Below, one piece after another: positions 61,419-64,000 of a stretch of 64,000 nucleotides of DNA. The notes under the pieces are model-generated. The model was not told the origin of the DNA. It saw only the letters and a program-made list of their open reading frames with translations, and made no database searches. The translations under genes and the position numbers were made by a program. The stretch lies in assembly GCA_963730095.1 (NCBI GenBank), contig CAVSQJ010000002.1, positions 2,171,844-2,235,843 of the forward strand, written 5' to 3'. Source of the stretch: an uncultured Acidobacteriota bacterium. GTDB lineage: Bacteria; Acidobacteriota; Vicinamibacteria; Vicinamibacterales; SCN-69-37. Position 1 is the first letter of the stretch, and the number at the start of each line of letters is the position of its first letter.

Positions 61419-64000
61419 TCAACTGATGAAGATGAACTCGTTGGAACTCATCAGCAACTTCAGGTATCGGCCGAACGGCGTCACCGGCAGCTTCTTGACC
61501 GCGTCGTCGTTGGCCGCCGCGCCCGGCTTGACGCCGGCCATCATGCCGTCGGCCTGGACCGGTGGTGCAGCCGCCGCGGCCGGCTCTGCGGCTGGCGCCT
61601 TCGTCTCGTCGCCCTTCTTGGCGGCGTCCGTCTTCGCCTTTTCGGCGTCCGCCTTGGCCTTGCTGGCCTCGGCTTTGGCGTCGTCGTACTGACGCATCGG
61701 CTCGGCGGCGAGGAAGTCACGTCCCGCGGTCAGCTCGGCGGGAGTCGGCGAGCGGGCGAAGATGAGGCGATAGGCCTTCCGGATTCGCGCGTCGTCGGTG
61801 GGCTCGGTCGCCATGCGTTCGGCGAGGCGCTCCGCCTGCTGCTGCATGAAGTCACTGTTCATGAAGAACAGGCGCTGCAGCGGCACGTTCGTCGAGAAGC
61901 GCTTCTCGGCGCTCTGGCTCGCGCTCGGGAAGTCGAAGAGCTGCAGGTACTCGTCGAGCCGATAGCGGCTCACGCGGCCGTAAATCGTCCGCCGCATGTA
62001 GTACGGCGTGAGCGGCGCGGACAGGCCGCCCATCTTGAGGTCGAGCGAGCCCGACACGAAGAGCACGGCGTCGCGGATCTGTTCGGCGGTCATCCGCCGC
62101 TCGTTCGCGCGCCAGTAGAAACGATTCCCGGCGTCCTTTTCCATGTTGGCCGGCGAGGACGAGGCGCTCAGCTGGTACGTCGCGCTCAGCATGATCTCGC
62201 GATGCAGCGCCTTGATCGACAGCTTGTGGTCGACGAAGAACCGCGCGAGGTAGTCGAGCAGCTCGGGATTGGTCGGACGCTCGCCGTTGGCGCCCAGGTT
62301 GCTCGGCGTGTCGACGATGCCCGTGCCGAAGTGGCCCTTCCAGATGCGATTGACGATGACGCGCATCGCGATTGGCTGCTCGAGGATCGCGTCGGCGAGC
62401 TCGAGCCGACCGCTGCCCTTGATGAATTCGCGCGGCTCGTCCCCGCCGAAGACCGACAGGAATCCTCGCGGCACCTCGTCGCCAAGCCGGTACGGGCTGC
62501 CGCGAAGATTGATCTTCGGTTGCACGGGTTTCTCGACGTCGCGTACGCCGTGGACGTACGCGAACTTCTCCGGCATGGCCTTTTCCATCGACTCGACGTC
62601 GTCGCGCAGCGCCTGAATCAGCGCGCGGCGATCCGGGCCCAACTGCCGCTCGAGGCCCCAGCCGTTGAACACGAGCAGCGCAGGCTTCGGATCCTGGCCC
62701 GGCACGGGCGCCGCGTCGAGGTCGCGCTGGAAGACGTCCATCCAGAGGCTGTTCTGCTCCGCCGGCAGGCTCTTGAGCTCGAGGCCGCAGCCCGGGCAGA
62801 AGTCGTCGTTCGTGATGAACTCGTTCGGCAGATTGGCGCGCTCCTTCGGCTTGGTGCCGGGCAGCGCCTTCGCGCGGATGATGTCGTTCTCGTCCTTGAT
62901 CGCACGGCGGGCGAGGACGACGTCGACGAGCGTGGACTGGAACGCGTCCGCGAGCTTCTTCGCTTCGTCCTTGGTGCCGCCGCGCTTGATCATCGCCTGC
63001 CAGGGCGCGAGGTACGAATAGAATGCCGGAGGCTTGTCGAGGAAGCGCAGCCAGCGATCGAACAGCTCGTAGTCGAGCTTCTCGGACTCGATGACGCGCG
63101 CCCTGTCCTTCTTCGGCTCGCCGGTCACTTGCCAGGCGGCCTGCATGTATTTCGACGCCTGGAACACGAGCGTCTGGGCGAGTTGATCGGATTCCTTGTC
63201 GAGATAGTCGTCGAGCAGGTCAGACTTTTTTTCGACTTTCTTTTCCTCGGCCTTGTAGTCGTCGACGACGGCCTTCGGCGCCAGCGGATATTCGTGGTAC
63301 TCCGTGTTGAGGAACACGCCGCCGAGCGCGTAGTAGTCGCTCTGCGGAATCGGATCGTATTTGTGGTCGTGGCAGCGCGCGCACGCGATCGTCAGCCCCA
63401 GCAGCCCGCGCCCCACGACGTCCACGCGGTCGTTGCGCTCGTCGGCGTGCGTGATTTCCACGGCCCCGTTGTCGTAGTACCACGGCCCGAGCCCGAGAAA
63501 GCCGAGCGCCGGCAGGTTCCGCACGCGCGTGCGCTCGTCGCCGAGATCGGCGGCCAGTTGAGCGCGAACGAACTGATCGTACGGCAGGTCGTCGTTGAAC
63601 GCCTTCACCACCCAATCGCGGTACAGGTACGCATTGGGGTACGGATTGAAGCCGCGGCCTTTCGGATCCAGGCTGCGATAGTCATCTTCGCCGTAGCGCG
63701 CGACGTCGAGCCACACGCGTCCCCACGCCTCGCCATATTGGGGAGACGCGAGCAGGCGATCGACGACCTTTGCGAACGCGTTGGCGGAATTGTCTTTGAG
63801 GAACGCGTCGACCTCGTCGGGGGTCGGCGGCAGACCCGTCAGGTCCAGCGTCGCGCGGCGAATCAGCGTGGGCTTGTCGGCCAGTGCGACCGGCTTGAGC
63901 CCTTCGCCTTCGAGCCGCGCGAGCACGAAACGATCGACATCGTTCTTCGGCCACGCCGGGTCGTGAACCGCCGGCGCGGCGATCTGCTGGAGAGGCCGGA
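61419..64000 (-). CDS. PSD1/DUF1549-DUF1553 (planctomycete cytochrome c-associated) protein, 5' end beyond the window
   Basis: LIRRATLDLTGLPPT, YGEAWGRVWLDVARY, CARCHDHKYDPI, VNRIWKGHFG, PTNPELLD, PLQRLFFMN. Confidence 0.93.
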   Translation of the reverse strand, partial: RPLQQIAAPAVHDPAWPKNDVDRFVLARLEGEGLKPVALADKPTLIRRATLDLTGLPPTPDEVDAFLKDNSANAFAKVVDRLLASPQYGEAWGRVWLDVARYGEDDYRSLDPKGRGFNPYPNAYLYRDWVVKAFNDDLPYDQFVRAQLAADLGDERTRVRNLPALGFLGLGPWYYDNGAVEITHADERNDRVDVVGRGLLGLTIACARCHDHKYDPIPQSDYYALGGVFLNTEYHEYPLAPKAVVDDYKAEEKKVEKKSDLLDDYLDKESDQLAQTLVFQASKYMQAAWQVTGEPKKDRARVIESEKLDYELFDRWLRFLDKPPAFYSYLAPWQAMIKRGGTKDEAKKLADAFQSTLVDVVLARRAIKDENDIIRAKALPGTKPKERANLPNEFITNDDFCPGCGLELKSLPAEQNSLWMDVFQRDLDAAPVPGQDPKPALLVFNGWGLERQLGPDRRALIQALRDDVESMEKAMPEKFAYVHGVRDVEKPVQPKINLRGSPYRLGDEVPRGFLSVFGGDEPREFIKGSGRLELADAILEQPIAMRVIVNRIWKGHFGTGIVDTPSNLGANGERPTNPELLDYLARFFVDHKLSIKALHREIMLSATYQLSASSSPANMEKDAGNRFYWRANERRMTAEQIRDAVLFVSGSLDLKMGGLSAPLTPYYMRRTIYGRVSRYRLDEYLQLFDFPSASQSAEKRFSTNVPLQRLFFMNSDFMQQQAERLAERMATEPTDDARIRKAYRLIFARSPTPAELTAGRDFLAAEPMRQYDDAKAEASKAKADAEKAKTDAAKKGDETKAPAAEPAAAAAPPVQADGMMAGVKPGAAANDDAVKKLPVTPFGRYLKLLMSSNEFIFIS

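Overview
Very GC-rich bacterial chromosomal DNA. The gene content (DUF1501/PSD1 pair, carboxypeptidase-regulatory-domain proteins, Vps10/BNR protein with GGRGG linkers, vWA cluster) suggests Acidobacteriota, probably Vicinamibacterales; this is an inference. About 60 genes are recognisable. Many are split by 1-bp frameshifts, including the housekeeping genes lipA and coaA, so the breaks are most likely uncorrected long-read errors rather than pseudogenes. Coordinates of frameshifted genes are reconstructed by joining ORF pieces. Main blocks: (1) DUF58/vWA cluster; (2) marR-SRPBCC, UDG, ABC pair and lipA; (3) a benzoyl-CoA oxidation cluster (boxR, boxC, boxB, enoyl-CoA hydratase, ALDH) with kynureninase, 3-hydroxyacyl-CoA dehydrogenase and a divergent GHMP kinase, but no boxA; (4) an outer-membrane protein / cupredoxin / histidine kinase / sigma54 activator operon, followed by a sigma54 promoter and a ~160-nt rod-shaped putative ncRNA, which is the best candidate for an undescribed system; (5) ferredoxin-coaA; (6) two paralogous zinc-peptidase / beta-propeller / Omp85 proteins; (7) TlpA and SCO; (8) LiaF-like genes with LytS/LytTR; (9) LemA-TPM; (10) yvcK, a stand-alone LigD phosphoesterase, a POT transporter and yggX; (11) DUF1501/PSD1. 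Intergenic spaces carry several families of 7-10-bp tandem repeats arranged as palindromes, with a consistent orientation relative to gene ends. I saw no rRNA, tRNA, CRISPR array or transposase. All calls are from reading motifs by eye; no database search was run.
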